A stretch of DNA of 64,000 nt from Octopus vulgaris (Eukaryota). Positions 1-12,750 of the stretch are shown in pieces (position 1 is the stretch's first letter; each line of letters begins with the position of its first letter). Under the pieces are notes generated by a model, which was not told the origin of the DNA, made no database searches, and was given only the letters and a program-made list of their open reading frames with translations. Made by a program: the position numbers and the translations under genes. The stretch spans positions 170,500,001 through 170,564,000 of the forward strand of contig OX597817.1 of assembly GCA_951406725.2 (NCBI GenBank). The letters run 5' to 3'.

Positions 1-39
1 TCCCTTACAAACCCAAGCAACGCCGGGCGATACTGCTAG
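1..39 (+). mobile_element. 3' end of a non-autonomous Helitron-like element
   Basis: CAAACCCAAGCAACGCCGGGCGATACTGCTAG|T: GC-rich hairpin then CTAG (36-39) followed by T; near-identical to the reverse complement of 20806-20840. Confidence 0.7.
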
Positions 40-237
40 TATTGAATATAATTGTACCAGCTAAGTCAGATGCCTATCTATTACTTGCAGTAGTGTACTT
101 TAGCTCAATATCTAAGTTAGAACTAGAACCTGGTATGTCTAATTTTTGTGTTGATTATTCATCACCGCATCCCTTGAAATATTCTTGATAGATGGTAGGG
201 TATCATTTGAGGTGGATTTGGCTAACATTTCTGCGTA

Positions 238-660
238 GGCGCAGGAGTGGCTGTGTGGTAAGTAGCTTGCTAACCAACCACATGGTTCCGGGTTCAGTCC
301 CACTGCGTGGCATCTTGGGCAAGTGTCTTCTGCTATAGCCCCGGGCCGACCAATGCCTTGTGAGTGGATTTGGTAGACGGAAACTCAAAGAAGCCTGTCG
401 TATATATGTATATATATATATGTGTGGATGTGTGTGTGTGTGTTTGTGTGTCTGGGTTTGTCACCCTAGCATTGCTTGACAACCGATGCTGGTGTGTTTA
501 CGTCCCCGTCACTTAGCGGTTCGGCAAAAGAGACCGATAGAATAAGTACTGGGCTTCCAAAGAATAAGTCCCGGGGTCGATTTGCTCGACTAAAGGCGGT
601 GCTCCAGCATGGCTGCAGTCAAATGACTGAAACAAGTAAAAGAGTTAAAAGAGAAAGAGT
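238..660 (+). mobile_element. tRNA-derived SINE, family A (full length, representative copy)
   Basis: A box TGGCTGTGTGG, B box GGTTCAGTCC, internal (TA)n/(TG)n tract, tail of TAAAAGAG-like repeats. Other copies at about 6715-7040(+), 13751-14165(+), 19510-19690(+), 19925-20340(-), 23215-23580(-), 26860-27160(-), 28605-29118(-), 29540-29701(-), 37681-38093(+), 41320-41725(-), 42555-43031(-), 44865-45437(+), 46148-46478(-), 49885-50090(+), 52412-52850(+), 57505-57920(-). Confidence 0.9.
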
Positions 661-1404
661 ATGTAGAACCACGTAGTGGCTCCTTCATTGGCTCGTTTTC
701 TTGCTATCGTTCCAAGGATTAACGTGGAGTTGTAAAAATTTTGAGTGAATAGAATATGATGTCTTTAGAATGGGCAGCTGCAATAGCTGTAATAAAGAAA
801 GTGGTTCAACTTTATATTGTTAATTGCTTTGTCTTCATAAAGAATTTAACTATAAAAGCTAAATGACCTGCATTGAGAATTGTACAATGTCTTGTCTGAC
901 ACAATTGAACATCAGTAATCTCTCTTGAAGTTTTCTATTGTTATAGAAACCATTAAATAGTGTCTTCCAGTACGAATTCTTTGAACTTGTTGATTCATCT
1001 CTATCCTTAATCTAATTGCATTAAATTATAGTTAATTATTCTGATCAGTTTAACAATACAGTATATTTATGATGATCCTTTTGTTGTAATGTAAGGATGA
1101 CAGGAATCTCCTTATTTTAAAAAGAGATTTACATTCAGTGTTGTCTACCCTTTCAACCTCTAAGACTGGATCCAATGCAACCACTTTGGCTTCTGTTAGG
1201 AATTTGAGATTTACTTAATAGCAGAAAAGTAAACGGCAAATAGATGAGATGAGGTGAAAATAGGGCGAATGAAATATACAGTCTCTTACCGTATTCATGA
1301 ATGAATTCACCCCACTTGTTGCATGCTGGGGACGATGGTTTTAAGGTGAGGGAATGTTAACTGTTAGGATGATTGTGGAGTTGTTGTGTAGAGAAAAGTT
1401 AAAT

Positions 1405-1635
1405 GGTGTAATGGCAGAACCGTTAGCACGCCGGGCGAAATGCGTAGCTGTATTTTGTCTGCCGTTACGTTCTGAGTTCAAATTCCGCCGAGGTTGACTT
1501 TGCCTTTCATCCTTTCGGGATCGATAAATTAAGTACCAGTTACGCACTGGGGTCGATGTAATCAACTTAATCCGTTTGTCTGTCCTTGTTTGTCCCCTCT
1601 GTGTTTAGCCCCTTGTGGGTAGTAAAGGAATAGGT
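1405..1635 (+). mobile_element. tRNA-derived SINE, family B (representative copy)
   Basis: Head TGGCAGAACCGTTAG, B box GAGTTCAAATTCC, central GACTTTGCCTTTCATCCTTTCGGG-TCGATAAATTAAGTACCAG domain. Other copies or variants at about 2625-2820(-), 2905-3105(-), 8960-9192(+), 31398-31624(-), 32661-32895(-), 43449-43681(-), 48018-48215(-), 51780-51990(+), 55085-55210(+), 55525-55920(+). Confidence 0.88.
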
Positions 1636-1988
1636 ATGTTATAAAGACATTACAATGATGAGGGACAGTGTTCTCTTTACCCCTCATCTTCACTTCACAC
1701 CGTTGCAGTAAAAGTAATGTGAAAATAATGAACATTAACTGTCTCAAGTTTTGTGTTGAGTTGACAGGTACTTAACCAAACAATTGACCAGTTCTTACAA
1801 CCAACTCCATCACATAGCTATCGTATATCATTTGCACACTAATAGAGACTTAACAAACATGTTGGAGATTACTGCCTTAGAAATGTCCCTCATGCCCCCT
1901 CCAGGAATTCAAATGATTGATTATGGGATACCCTCATATTAATGTCTCATTAACTAGTATAAGACCCAAGCTATTGGGTTTAAAGAAG

Positions 1989-2202
1989 ATCATCATCATT
2001 CATCATTGTTCGACCGTGGTCGAGACAATGGAATTTACTATGCTACACCAGACTTCATGGTCCATCATAGCATTACGGAGGTCCTGTTGCTCGATGCCTG
2101 TATCCCTGGAGATTACATCAGGGTCGGAGAGTGTGTGCCCTCTGGTATCGCGTGTAGATGGCTTCCAGAGAAGAGTAGAAATTTCTTCGTTTTCAGCTCT
2201 AC
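1989..2202 (-). mobile_element. 5'-truncated RTE-clade LINE 3' end
   Basis: Minus strand reads AENEEISTLLWKPSTRDTRGHTLSDPDVISRDTGIEQQDLRNAMMDHEVW..., resembling RTE ORF C-termini; (ATG)n tail; flanking 8-bp direct repeat TAAAGAAG at 1981-1988 and 2203-2210. Confidence 0.65.
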
Positions 2203-2828
2203 TAAAGAAGAAGGGGAATGATATAAGTATGGCAACTACATCTAAGAACTCTACTTAACTTTCTGACTGTTATAATTGAGAGGTTACCCCTACTATGTGG
2301 TACTACCCATAACTATTAAGAAGGTAGATAGAAGTTACTAATTTAGATGGCTTAGTCTCCATGTATCACTATCTACAAAACTAATAATTGCTTCTAAGAT
2401 AGGTACAAGACCAAAACATTTTGGGAAAAGAGTTAGTTAAATCAACTGCGGCACTTGACTAGTATTTTATTTCATTGGCCCCCTACAAAAAGATGACAGG
2501 TAAATTTGAGTTGTTAGGGATTGGATTTAGAAAGTAAAGGGCTGCAAAGCATTTTGTCCGATGCTCTAGTGGTTCTTCCAGTCCACCACACTAATAATAA
2601 TGACGATAATCCTTTCTACTATTGGCACAAGGCCTGAAATTTGGGGGAGGAGATAGTCGATTACATCGACCTCCCAGTACACAACTGGTACTTAGTCTAT
2701 CGACACCGAAAAGATGAAAGGCAAAGTGGGCATCAGTGGAATTTGAACTCGGAACATAAACAGATGAAATGCTGCTTAGCAATTTGCCTGGTGTGCTTAT
2801 GATTCTGCAAGCTCACCATCTTACCACT

Positions 2829-2859
<31 letters not shown>

Positions 2860-3182
2860 ATAATAATAATAATGATAATAATGATAATAACAATTGTTTC
2901 TAGCATAGGTGCAAAGCCTGAAATTTGGAAGAGGAAGTTAGTTATATTGACCTCAATACTTGACAAGAAATTTATTTAGTCAGTTCCGGAGGGATAAAAG
3001 CTAAAGTTGATCTGGCAGGATTTGAACTCAGAATGTAATGAGTCAGAACAAATATCAACGAGGCAATTTTTTCAACCACTCTAACAATTCTGCCATCCAC
3101 TGCCCATTATGATAATAATAATAATAATAATAATAATAATTATAATAATGATAATGATAATAACAATAATAGTAGTTGTAGC

Positions 3183-3219
<37 letters not shown>

Positions 3220-3315
3220 AGTTTGAGAGTTAGAGCTATTGTGAATTGGTTTTGTATCAGGATGATGTTGATTTAATGTTAGAGAAACGTTAACACACAC
3301 TCACACATGCTCATG

Positions 3316-3352
<37 letters not shown>

Positions 3353-3823
3353 TGTTGTGATTATATTTATATATAGACCATGTGGGAAATAACCTCCGGA
3401 GTATATTTCTTTTGTGTCTTTTATATACTCCATAATTCAGAACAAACGTTGCATAAGATGGCTTCTTTCCCATAATGCCCCTTGACATTATTGTATGTAT
3501 CTCCACTGATTATGTTACATCTCCCTCTTTTCAGTTAAACAGAAATATAGCCTTGTTTCTTTGTGTTGCCATAACCATAAATCTTTTCTTCGAAACAATA
3601 TTGTCACAAAAGCAATTCACTTTATCAAAACAACCTATATAAGGCATTTCCAATAAACATTGAACAGGATATGCACTTCCATAGTCTTTTCTTTACGCAG
3701 CAGTGTTTTTGTTCCCCTCAACACAATGTTATTTTTACTTTTTGTATTTATTTATTCCCCATCCCTTTCTTCATAATACAAGTCCAGTGTAGTGGATTTA
3801 AACTACAAATCTTTCAGAGCTTG

Positions 3824-4553
3824 ATCTGTGGTCTGGATTAGGTGTTTGCAGTTTCAGGAATGACACTGGATCATGTTTGTATGGGTTCAGTTGTGTGTCT
3901 GATGCACTTTGCTCTGTTCATGGAAATAAGACGGTGTCTGTTTCTGTATTCAGATCCATGAAATATATCTGTTGTCTGTGGTCTGGACTAGGTGTTTGTG
4001 ATTTCAGGAATGACAGTGGATCGTGTTTGTATGGGTTCAGTTGTGTGTCTGATGCACTTTGCTCTGTTCATGGAAATAAGATGGTGTCTGTTTCTGTATT
4101 CCAATCCATGAAATATATCTGTTGTCTGTGGTCTGGACTAGGTGTTTGTGATTTCAGGAATGACAGTGGATCGTGTTTGTATGGGTTCAGTTGTGTGTCT
4201 GTTGCACTTAGCTCGGTTCATGTGCCAGCGGCACGTAAAAAGCACCCACTACACTCCCGGAGTGGTTGGCGTTAGGAAGGACATCCAGCTGTAGAAACTC
4301 TGCCAGATCAAGATTGAAGCCTGGTGCAGCCATCTGGTTCGCCAGCCCTCAGTTAAAATCGTCCAACCCATGCTAGCATGGAAAGCGGACGTTAAACAAT
4401 GATGATGATGATGATGAAGATGGTGTCTGTTTCTGTATTCAGATCCATGAAATATATCTGCTGTCTGTGGTCTGGATTAGGTGTTTGTGATTTCAGGAAT
4501 GACACTGGAACATGTTTGTATGGGTTCATTTATGTGTCTGTTGCACTTAGCTC

Positions 4554-4585
<32 letters not shown>

Positions 4586-4855
4586 GTTTAACGTCCGTTC
4601 TCCATGCTAGCATGGGTTGGACGGTTCGACCGGGGATCTGGGAAGCCAGAAGGCTGCACCAGGCTCCAGTCTTATCTGGCAATGTTTCTACAGCTGGATG
4701 CTCTTCCTAACGCCAACCACACCGTGAGTGTAGTGGGTGCTTTTTACGTGCCACCTGCACAGGTGCCAGGCGAGGCTGGCAACGGCCACGGTCGGATTGG
4801 TGTTCATGGAAATAAGATGGTGTCTGTTTCTGTATTCAGATCCATGAAACATGTC
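3824..4855. repeat. 150-bp tandem repeat (about 4 units) interrupted by two SINE-C insertions
   Basis: CTGTGGTCTGGA recurs at 3826, 3976 and 4126; the array resumes at 4417 and 4801 after the insertions. Confidence 0.9.
4221..4415 (+). mobile_element. SINE-like family C 3' part with (ATG)n tail (representative copy)
   Basis: GGCACGTAAAAAGCACC...GTTAGGAAGG-CATCCAGCTGTAGAAAC...CCAACCCATGCTAGCATGGAAAGCGGACGTTAAA(ATG)n. Other copies at about 4555-4801(-), 5675-5883(+), 8900-9320(-), 15215-15692(+), 27369-27800(-), 33945-34395(-), 40050-40320(-), 44515-44838(+), 49700-49833(+), 60328-60755(-); several carry tandem ~60-bp GC-rich subrepeats. Confidence 0.85.
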
Positions 4856-7069
4856 GGTTCTTTAAGATCTTGGTGATGAATGTTTTTGTTCACCACAGTC
4901 CAAGTCGCTTTAGTGTCAGCTGCCCTCATCTGATTCATATATGGGAGGAGGCTACTGACATCAGACACTTAGAGATGCTTGTTGTCTTATCAGTATTTTT
5001 CTCCTCTTTCATTCTTAACCTTTACTTTTCTCCTCCTCTGGTTTAATTGTAATGCTGTTCAACTGTTGTGTGTCGAATGGTGATGGAAAGGCCAACACTC
5101 TTACGCAGTACCAGTATTCCATTACCAATTCAGAGCAACTAAATTCATTTGGAAGTGATGTTGATATTTATGTTAACGAGGCAAAGTAAAGATCATTTGC
5201 ATTTCTTTAAAGACATCGTTTACAGTCTGAATTATAAATTCATCTTTGTAATTTTTGGTTATCCTTGGCTGATGGTCATGTGATGAAATCTATTTGTTGT
5301 GGCAAAGCAGAGAATGCACCACTCAAAAATTGCTGCCTATTACAAATCACTCATGTCTCAGGCACTAGGTGTTACGCTAACATTGATCTGAAATGCACTG
5401 TAATATCAGTGGTTGCACTGAAGGTGAGATTTGCTGTGTCAGCATATTTCAAGTATTTTGCTTTTTTATTCAGGTAGGAAACTTTTACAAGAAGATTTTC
5501 CATCATGTTGTCTACATAGATATTTCTGCTTTCCATGGGCTCAGTGACTGTGTATTCTGAGTTTGCCTCTATTGGTGTTCATAACAGTATGCTTGCAGTC
5601 TACAAGCTTTTTGTGGTCATCTATACATACAGGCATGTCCATTATAGGTGTCAGTGCCACATATAAATGGATTCATGCCAGTGCTGCATAAATGCACTCA
5701 TGGCACATAAAAAGCACCCATCACGCTCTGTAAAGTGGTTGGCATTAGGAAGGGCATCCAGCTGTAGAAACCATGACACAACAGACATTTGGAGTCTGGA
5801 CAGCTCCCTGGCTGGCCAGCTCTGGTCAAATCATCCAACCCATGTCAGCATGGAAAACAGACGTTAAACAATGATGATGATGAAATACATAGGAATAGCT
5901 CAGTCTTATTCTGCAGTGTTGGATCCACCTGGGTAAGGCATTTGACTTCTGTGTCACCTGAAAGGTACACATAAATCCTAGTTTTCTCATAACGAGAAAA
6001 CCTCAAAGTGTCTTTCTTTTGAAGTTTTAAAAAAAAACTGAAATTTATCAACATGTAAAAGGTACAAAACAGACTTGTGAAAATGCATTTCAAATCTAAT
6101 AAACTTCTTTCTTTCTTTTATTTTTATTTTTTTCTCTCTTCTTGGTTAGCTGTTTCTGTTAGAGATCAATAAGGATAATTATTTCATTCCTTTTAGTAAA
6201 AATTCTTCTCAGGTAAATATTCTAACAATTTCTCTTCATTAAGTTTATTTTAAACCACAACTATCTAATAATAAGTTTCTGTCTTCTTAGAACTATTTTG
6301 ACAATGTTCAAAATTATCCTTCCCTGATAAAGTTTGGCTCTCGTTAAGATTCCATTGTTTCTCTCATTATTGCTCCATCTTCGTCTACTCCTCCACTAGT
6401 TAAGATAACAGACTGCTTGCCAAAGCTGCAGATGGCATATAATTGCTGCTTCAGAAAAGAATTGTAGTTTAAAGAATCCAAAATAAATTTAATGAATATT
6501 TACGCCATTCCTTTGATTTTGTTATTAGTTCATTGTAATTTCTCAGCTAAATTGCATGTATCAACTTTACAAGGTAGGCCAGCTCCTCTCAACATCCATC
6601 TGTCGCTTTATATTGGTGCTAACAGATGTGTTGGCTGTTTGTTAAATTAAACAAGCTGTGACACATTGGTTATCTCAGTGTATGTTTCTCTCTCTCTCAA
6701 AATGTTTGAGAACATGGCTTTGTGGTTAAGACACTCGCTTTGCTGCCACTTGATTTGTTTAGAGTTCAGTCCCACTGCATGTCACCTTGAGCAAGTGTCT
6801 TCTACCATAATTCCAGACTGACCAACACTCTGAATGAATTTGGTAGGTGGAAACTGTTGGGATGCCTGTCATATATATGGCTATATGTGTGTGTATTTGT
6901 GTTAGGTCCCTCTCCATCATTTGACCACTGGCATTGGTTTGTTTACATCCCCCATGATGTACCAAGGTTGATTTGTTCAACTAAACCCTTCAAGATGGTG
7001 ACCCAGTATGGTTGCAGTCTAGTGACTGAAACAGATAAAAGATACCCCTCTTCTAGTCATCTTTATTTT

Positions 7070-7346
7070 CACAAAATCAGAAACAGCTGTAAATTAGCAC
7101 ACTTCCTGCACAAAACCAGAAACAGCTGTAAATTAGCACACTTCCTGCACAAAACCAGAAACAGCTGTAAATTAGCACACTTCCTACACAAAACCAGAAA
7201 CAGCTGTAAATTAGCACACTTCCTACACAAAACCAGAAACAGCTGTAAATTAGCACACTTCCTGCACAAAACCAGAAACAGCTGTAAATTAGCACACTTC
7301 CTGCACAAAACCAGAAACAGCTGTAAATTACTATTCTTCCTGCACA
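7070..7346. repeat. 39-bp minisatellite, about 7 copies
   Basis: Unit CACAAAACCAGAAACAGCTGTAAATTAGCACACTTCCTG. Confidence 0.95.
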
Positions 7347-8330
7347 CACCATACATTACACAGCAAACAATACAAGAAATGTTAAATGGATTGTTTGGGC
7401 CTCGGTTATTTTTAGAAAGCGTGTTTAAAATGCTATAAGCTGGTTACAAGACAAAAGTGAAGACATTTCAGAGTTTTTTCCCTCCAAGCCAATTAATTTG
7501 GTAACCTTGCAGAAGCTGACTTCTGCCTGCTGAAAGTTTCAAAAGACAAGAAGTAACATTTTGTACTTTACTACTTTTTATACTTAAGTCTTTTTTTTCC
7601 TTATTTATTTCTTGCAGTCTGTCAATTTCCTTTGCCCAGTTTGTGAAAGCTTGTCTTATCCTCTTAAATCTTTGAGCTTGTTAAACTTGTCTTCACCTTT
7701 TGCAGCTGATTTATTCCTGTTAAAAGCAACTGTGTATTTATCACTGTTTTGGTTGGTATCGCTTACCTTCATCTTAATTTAGGCTACAGTTTGTTTATTG
7801 CTCGTTTTATATTTAGGCTGGTTTGTATGGTGCTTTGAGGAGCACTTTAAACTGTTATTGTTTTGTTGCTGTTTTATTTTAAATAGATAATGTGGATTAC
7901 GGTGTGGAGGGGAAAAAAATATCAAGATATTTTTAATTTATTGTTCCTCTAAGTTAAGCTCACCAAACTAAAAATAAGTGACTTGACAAATCTTAGATGT
8001 TGCCATCAAACTATTGCAGTTATTGATTTCTGTTCCAGTTTAGCATATCATCATCACTTTTAGATAACTGACTAATTTTTTTGTTGTTGTTGTTCTTTAT
8101 TTTTAGACTGACCTTTTTTTATTATGTATTTCAATGCTGACCTTCTTTCACTTCAGTGGTGAGTCTGGTAGAATGGTGGTGGTAGTGGTGTTGAGTTCCA
8201 TTAAGCTATCTCACCTTTCTATTGCCTGTGGCATCACCAAAATGAAGGACCATAAAAAAACAGTCTATTAAATGTTTAAATAATAATGGAATAATCTAAA
8301 AAATTAAATAGTATTTTATGAAGAGATAAT

Positions 8331-8374
<44 letters not shown>

Positions 8375-8441
8375 AATATATCTATCTATCTATCTCTGTC
8401 TTATATGTATATATATCTATATGTATATATCTCTGTATATA

Positions 8442-8695
8442 CAGTCGTGGCCAAAAGTTTGGAGCATTTTTAAAAATTCAAATTGCTACACCCAAGTACA
8501 ATTTGATTCAACTATATACAACGTAGAAACATACTTACCTAATAACTGATCCAATGGTCTAATTATAATTTTCAGACCTGTGCTCCAAACTTTTGGCCAA
8601 GTAATAATATATTGCAAATTAAATATAACTTTGGGCATTTAATATAAAAATTCTAATTTTCACATCTATGATCCAAACTTTTGGCCACAACCCTG
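8442..8695. mobile_element. Tc1-type MITE
   Basis: TA|CAGTCGTGGCCAAAAGTTTGGA ... TCCAAACTTTTGGCCACAACCCTG terminal inverted repeats; an extra internal TIR copy lies at 8581-8599. Confidence 0.8.
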
Positions 8696-11329
8696 TGTGT
8701 GTGTGTTAGGGAGTTGAACTTATGACCATGAAATCGTGGGTTTGACTCATGGACCAGGTGATGTGGTGTGGCCTTCAGCAAAATATTTCATCTCCTGTTG
8801 CTCTACAATCACTTCATCTGACATGTGGCACACCGTGTACCTGTGCAAGCAATGTCAATTTGATGGAGAGATTGAACTCACATGCAGCACAAACATTTCA
8901 TCATCATCATCATTTAATGTCTGTTTTCCATGTTAGTATGGGTCGGATGGTTTGACAAAAGGCGGCGAGCTGGCAGAAACGTTAGCACGCCGGGCAAAAT
9001 GCGTAGCCGTATTTCGTCTGCCGTTACGTTCTGAGTTCAAATTCCGCCGAGGTTGACTTTGCCTTTCATCCTTTCGGGGTCGATAAATTAAGTACCAGTA
9101 ACGCACTGGGGTCGATGTAATCAACTTAAACCGTTTGTCTGTCCTTGTCTGTCCCCTCTGTGTTTAGCCCCTTGTGGGCAGTAAAGAAATAGGTTTGACA
9201 ACAGCTGGGCAGCTGACCTGGTGCTTTTACACAGCACTTTACAGACTTGGTGCTTTTACACAGCACTGGCACAGGTGCATTTACGCCGCACTGGTATGAG
9301 TGCTTTTTATGTGGCACCAGCACCCATAAGTCTGCAAAGTTAGGAATGCTCAGCTGGAGACACATGCAAGGATCAAACCTGTATGCATGGACAACCACAC
9401 TTTTACTTAGCTTGATATGTCTTTTCAAGCAGAGCAAACCACCTGGAGCCCTCAGTCCCCTGTCATCCCCTCATGAATCCCAACATCCATAGATCCTTTC
9501 TCATCGCATAAGTCCTCTGTGTAAGTCGCTCAGCAGGAAATGGCAGAGCTGTCTTTCTAAGAACAAGAGACCAGTGTGCGTGCGTGCATGTAAATGTTTT
9601 TAATCTTGTGTTTTTAAAGCCAAAACAATGCAGTTTATAAGAAATAATACAAGTCAATGGTTTGTATTTTTACCTTGTATTTCAATATTTCACAGTTAGG
9701 ACCCCTTCTTTAGGAAATCTTCAGGTATGTAGACCAGTTAGAACTGGTCCATATGAATACAAACCATTGATCTGTATTACTTCTTATAACTCACATTTGT
9801 TTTCGCTTTAAAATAATTTTTTTAAAATTAAAAACATCAGTAATAGACAATGCTTTATGCAAACTGTGATACTTTAACACACACACACAAGCATACATAA
9901 AAAACATATTTTCTAAAAGTTACAAAATCTTCCAAACTTTATATAGTCACATTTTCAGATCTATTTTAACGGACATAGTCTGTCAGTTTTACAATCTTAG
10001 TGACAACCATGATTTCATTTCACATCTTTTTTTTCAAATCTCATTCCTCGTAAATTTTTGAAAAAGAAACTTTTCTGTGTGATGGACATTGTAAGTTATT
10101 GTTATTGTAATTCATCAGACATATCTCATTCCATATACACACACACACGCGTGGGTATATCTGTAGAAAGAGGGAGAGAGTTAACGTGTTATATAAATTG
10201 TGTGTGTATGTGTGTAAAAGAGAGATAGTCAATATGTGTATTATATAAAGTGTCTGTCTGTGTGTATGTGTGTGTGTAGAAAGAGAGAGAGAGCATGAGA
10301 GAGTCAACACATATGTATGTATGCATTTATTTATTTGTTTATTTATTTATTTATTTTTTTTTTTATTTATTTATTTATGTGTGTATGTCTTTCCTTTCCC
10401 CTGAGAAAGATATAATACATCTGTTTTGTTGTTCATTTAATTGTTGTAAGAGAATGTTTCACGATATTTCAAATTTAAATTATTATTGTTTTTTTTTTGT
10501 TTTTTTTTTCTCTTTGTCATATTTTGTTTAATATTCACATGAATTATGTAGTACCATTGTCGCTGTTTTATTTCAAGTCAGATCTCATTCCATTCCTGAC
10601 AGACTGGTATAATGGTTTATAGGATACCAAAGTAGTAAATTATGAAAGAATACATGAGCATATTTCATGGGAATGCTTTAGAAGATTTCAGATTAATCTG
10701 CAGCTGATGTCATTTATTAAGTCAGGCAATGCTAAAACTTTCTGAATCCCAGATATTAAAATACATGTGAATGAATTTAAAATTCAAAAAGTAAAAAAAT
10801 GATATAATGATATAAACTAGTCATTATCTTTAAACAAAAATGTGAATGAACAAGAGAGGAATATTATAATGTTATATTTAATAAATCAGTGATAATGATA
10901 ATGGAGCCGAAGAGAAAATGAACAAGCCTGGTGTGTTTTTTGATTATTTTTTATGAACAATTATAGTCGATAAAGATTTATATGAATATTATGTATATAT
11001 TTTTTTTTTAATATTTCTTGTAAAATTTAATGAAATTCAGTTATTTGAGTCAATTTGTCTGTGAAGACAATTTCTGGTCAGTGAAGGATAAAATTTGACA
11101 AATCTGCATTGAGAAACTGTTACATCTTGCCTTAGGTATCAATATTCTCGCTGTGTAGACTCATTATTTCGCTTTCATGTAATTCTAATAGCCAGAAACA
11201 TTGCCAAACCAAGTTGGAAATCATTTGGATTTCCACTGCTCATTGAACATTCTCGTTAATTACCTAATCTGAAGTATAATTAGGAACATCCTTTAAAACA
11301 CGCATACATGTTTTGTGATGTGTTTGTGC

Positions 11330-12750
11330 ATGTGTATGTATCTACATGTGTGTGGCTTATGTGTGTTTGTATGTATCTACATGTGTGTGGCTTATGTGTG
11401 TTTGTATGTGTCTACATGTGTGTGGCTTATGTGTGTTTGTATGTGTCTACATGTGTGTGGCTTATGTGTGTTTGTATGTGTCTACATGTGTGTGGCTTAT
11501 GTGTGTTTGTATGTATCTACATGTGTGTGGCTTATGTGTGTTTGTATGTATCTACATGTGTGTGGCTTATGTGTGTTTGTATGTGTCTACATGTGTGTGG
11601 CTTATGTGTGTTTGTATGTATCTACATGTGTGTGGCTTATGTGTGTTTGTATGTATCTACATGTGTGTGGCTTATGTGTGTTTGTATGTATCTACATGTG
11701 TGTGGCTTATGTGTGTTTGTATGTATCTACATGTGTGTGGCTTATGTGTGTTTGTATGTGTCTACATGTGTGTGGCTTATGTGTTTTTGTATGTATCTAC
11801 ATGTGTGTGGCTTATGTGTGTTTGTATGTATCTACATGTGTGTGGCTTATGTGTTTTTGTATGTATCTACATGTGTGTGGCTTATGTGTGTTTGTATGTA
11901 TCTACATGTGTGTGGCTTATGTGTGTTTGTATGTGTCTACATGTGTGTGGCTTATGTGTGTTTGTATGTATCTACATGTGTGTGGCTTATGTGTGTTTTT
12001 ATGTATCTACATGTGTGTGGCTTATGTGTGTTTGTATGTATCTACATGTGTGTGGCTTATGTGTGTTTGTATGTGTCTACATGTGTGTGGCTTATGTGTG
12101 TTTGTATGTATCTACATGTGTGTGGTTTATGTGTGTTTGTATGTATCTACATGTGTGTGGCTTATGTGTGTTTGTATGTGTCTACATGTGTGTGGCTTAT
12201 GTGTGTTTGTATGTATCTACATGTGTGTGGCTTATGTGTGTTTGTATGTGGTGTTTGTATGTATCTACATGTGTGTGGCTTATGTGTGTTTGTATGTGTC
12301 TACATGTGTGTGGCTTATGTGTTTTTGTATGTATCTACATGTGTGTGGCTTATGTGTGTTTGTATGTATCTACATGTGTGTGGCTTATGTGTGTTTGTAT
12401 GTATCTACATGTGTGTGGCTTATGTGTGTTTGTATGTATCTACATGTGTGTGGCTTATGTGTGTTTGTATGTATCTACATGTGTGTGGCTTATGTGTGTT
12501 TGTATGTATCTACATGTGTGTGGCTTATGTGTGTTTGTATGTGTCTACATGTGTGTGGCTTATGTGTGTTTGTATGTATCTACATGTGTGTGGCTTATGT
12601 GTGTTTGTATGTATCTAAATGCGTGTGACATATGTGTGTTTGTATGTATCTACATGTGTGTGGTTTATGTGTGTTTGTATGTATCTAAATGCGTGTGACA
12701 TATGTGTGTTTGTATGTATCTACATGTGTGTTTGTATGTGTCTACATGTG
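11330..12750. repeat. 35-bp minisatellite, about 40 copies
   Basis: Unit GTATGTATCTACATGTGTGTGGCTTATGTGTGTTT; lacks stops in the + frames and so generates the spurious 436-450 aa ORFs. Confidence 0.97.

Larger units (their letters stand above)
3240..5660 (-). mobile_element. Decayed Ty3/Gypsy LTR retrotransposon (integrase remnant, PPT, 3' LTR)
   Basis: Minus strand about 5660-4860 gives disrupted integrase-like text (..FRSMLA*HLVPET*VICNRQQFLSGAF..; ..DLYFASLT*ISTSLPNEFSCSELVM..). Polypurine tract GAAAAGAGGGAGA (3532-3520) directly precedes TGTAAC (3519); the putative ~280-bp LTR has TATATAAA and ATTAAA and ends in CA near 3240. May extend further right, to about 6700. Confidence 0.6.

Noticed and set aside
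6857-7438. 193-aa ORF with 13-aa repeats
   Set aside because: Composed of a decayed SINE-A plus the 39-bp minisatellite; open on both strands.
11308-12698. Three overlapping 436-450 aa Cys/Val-rich ORFs
   Set aside because: Translations of a stop-free 35-bp minisatellite in all three frames.
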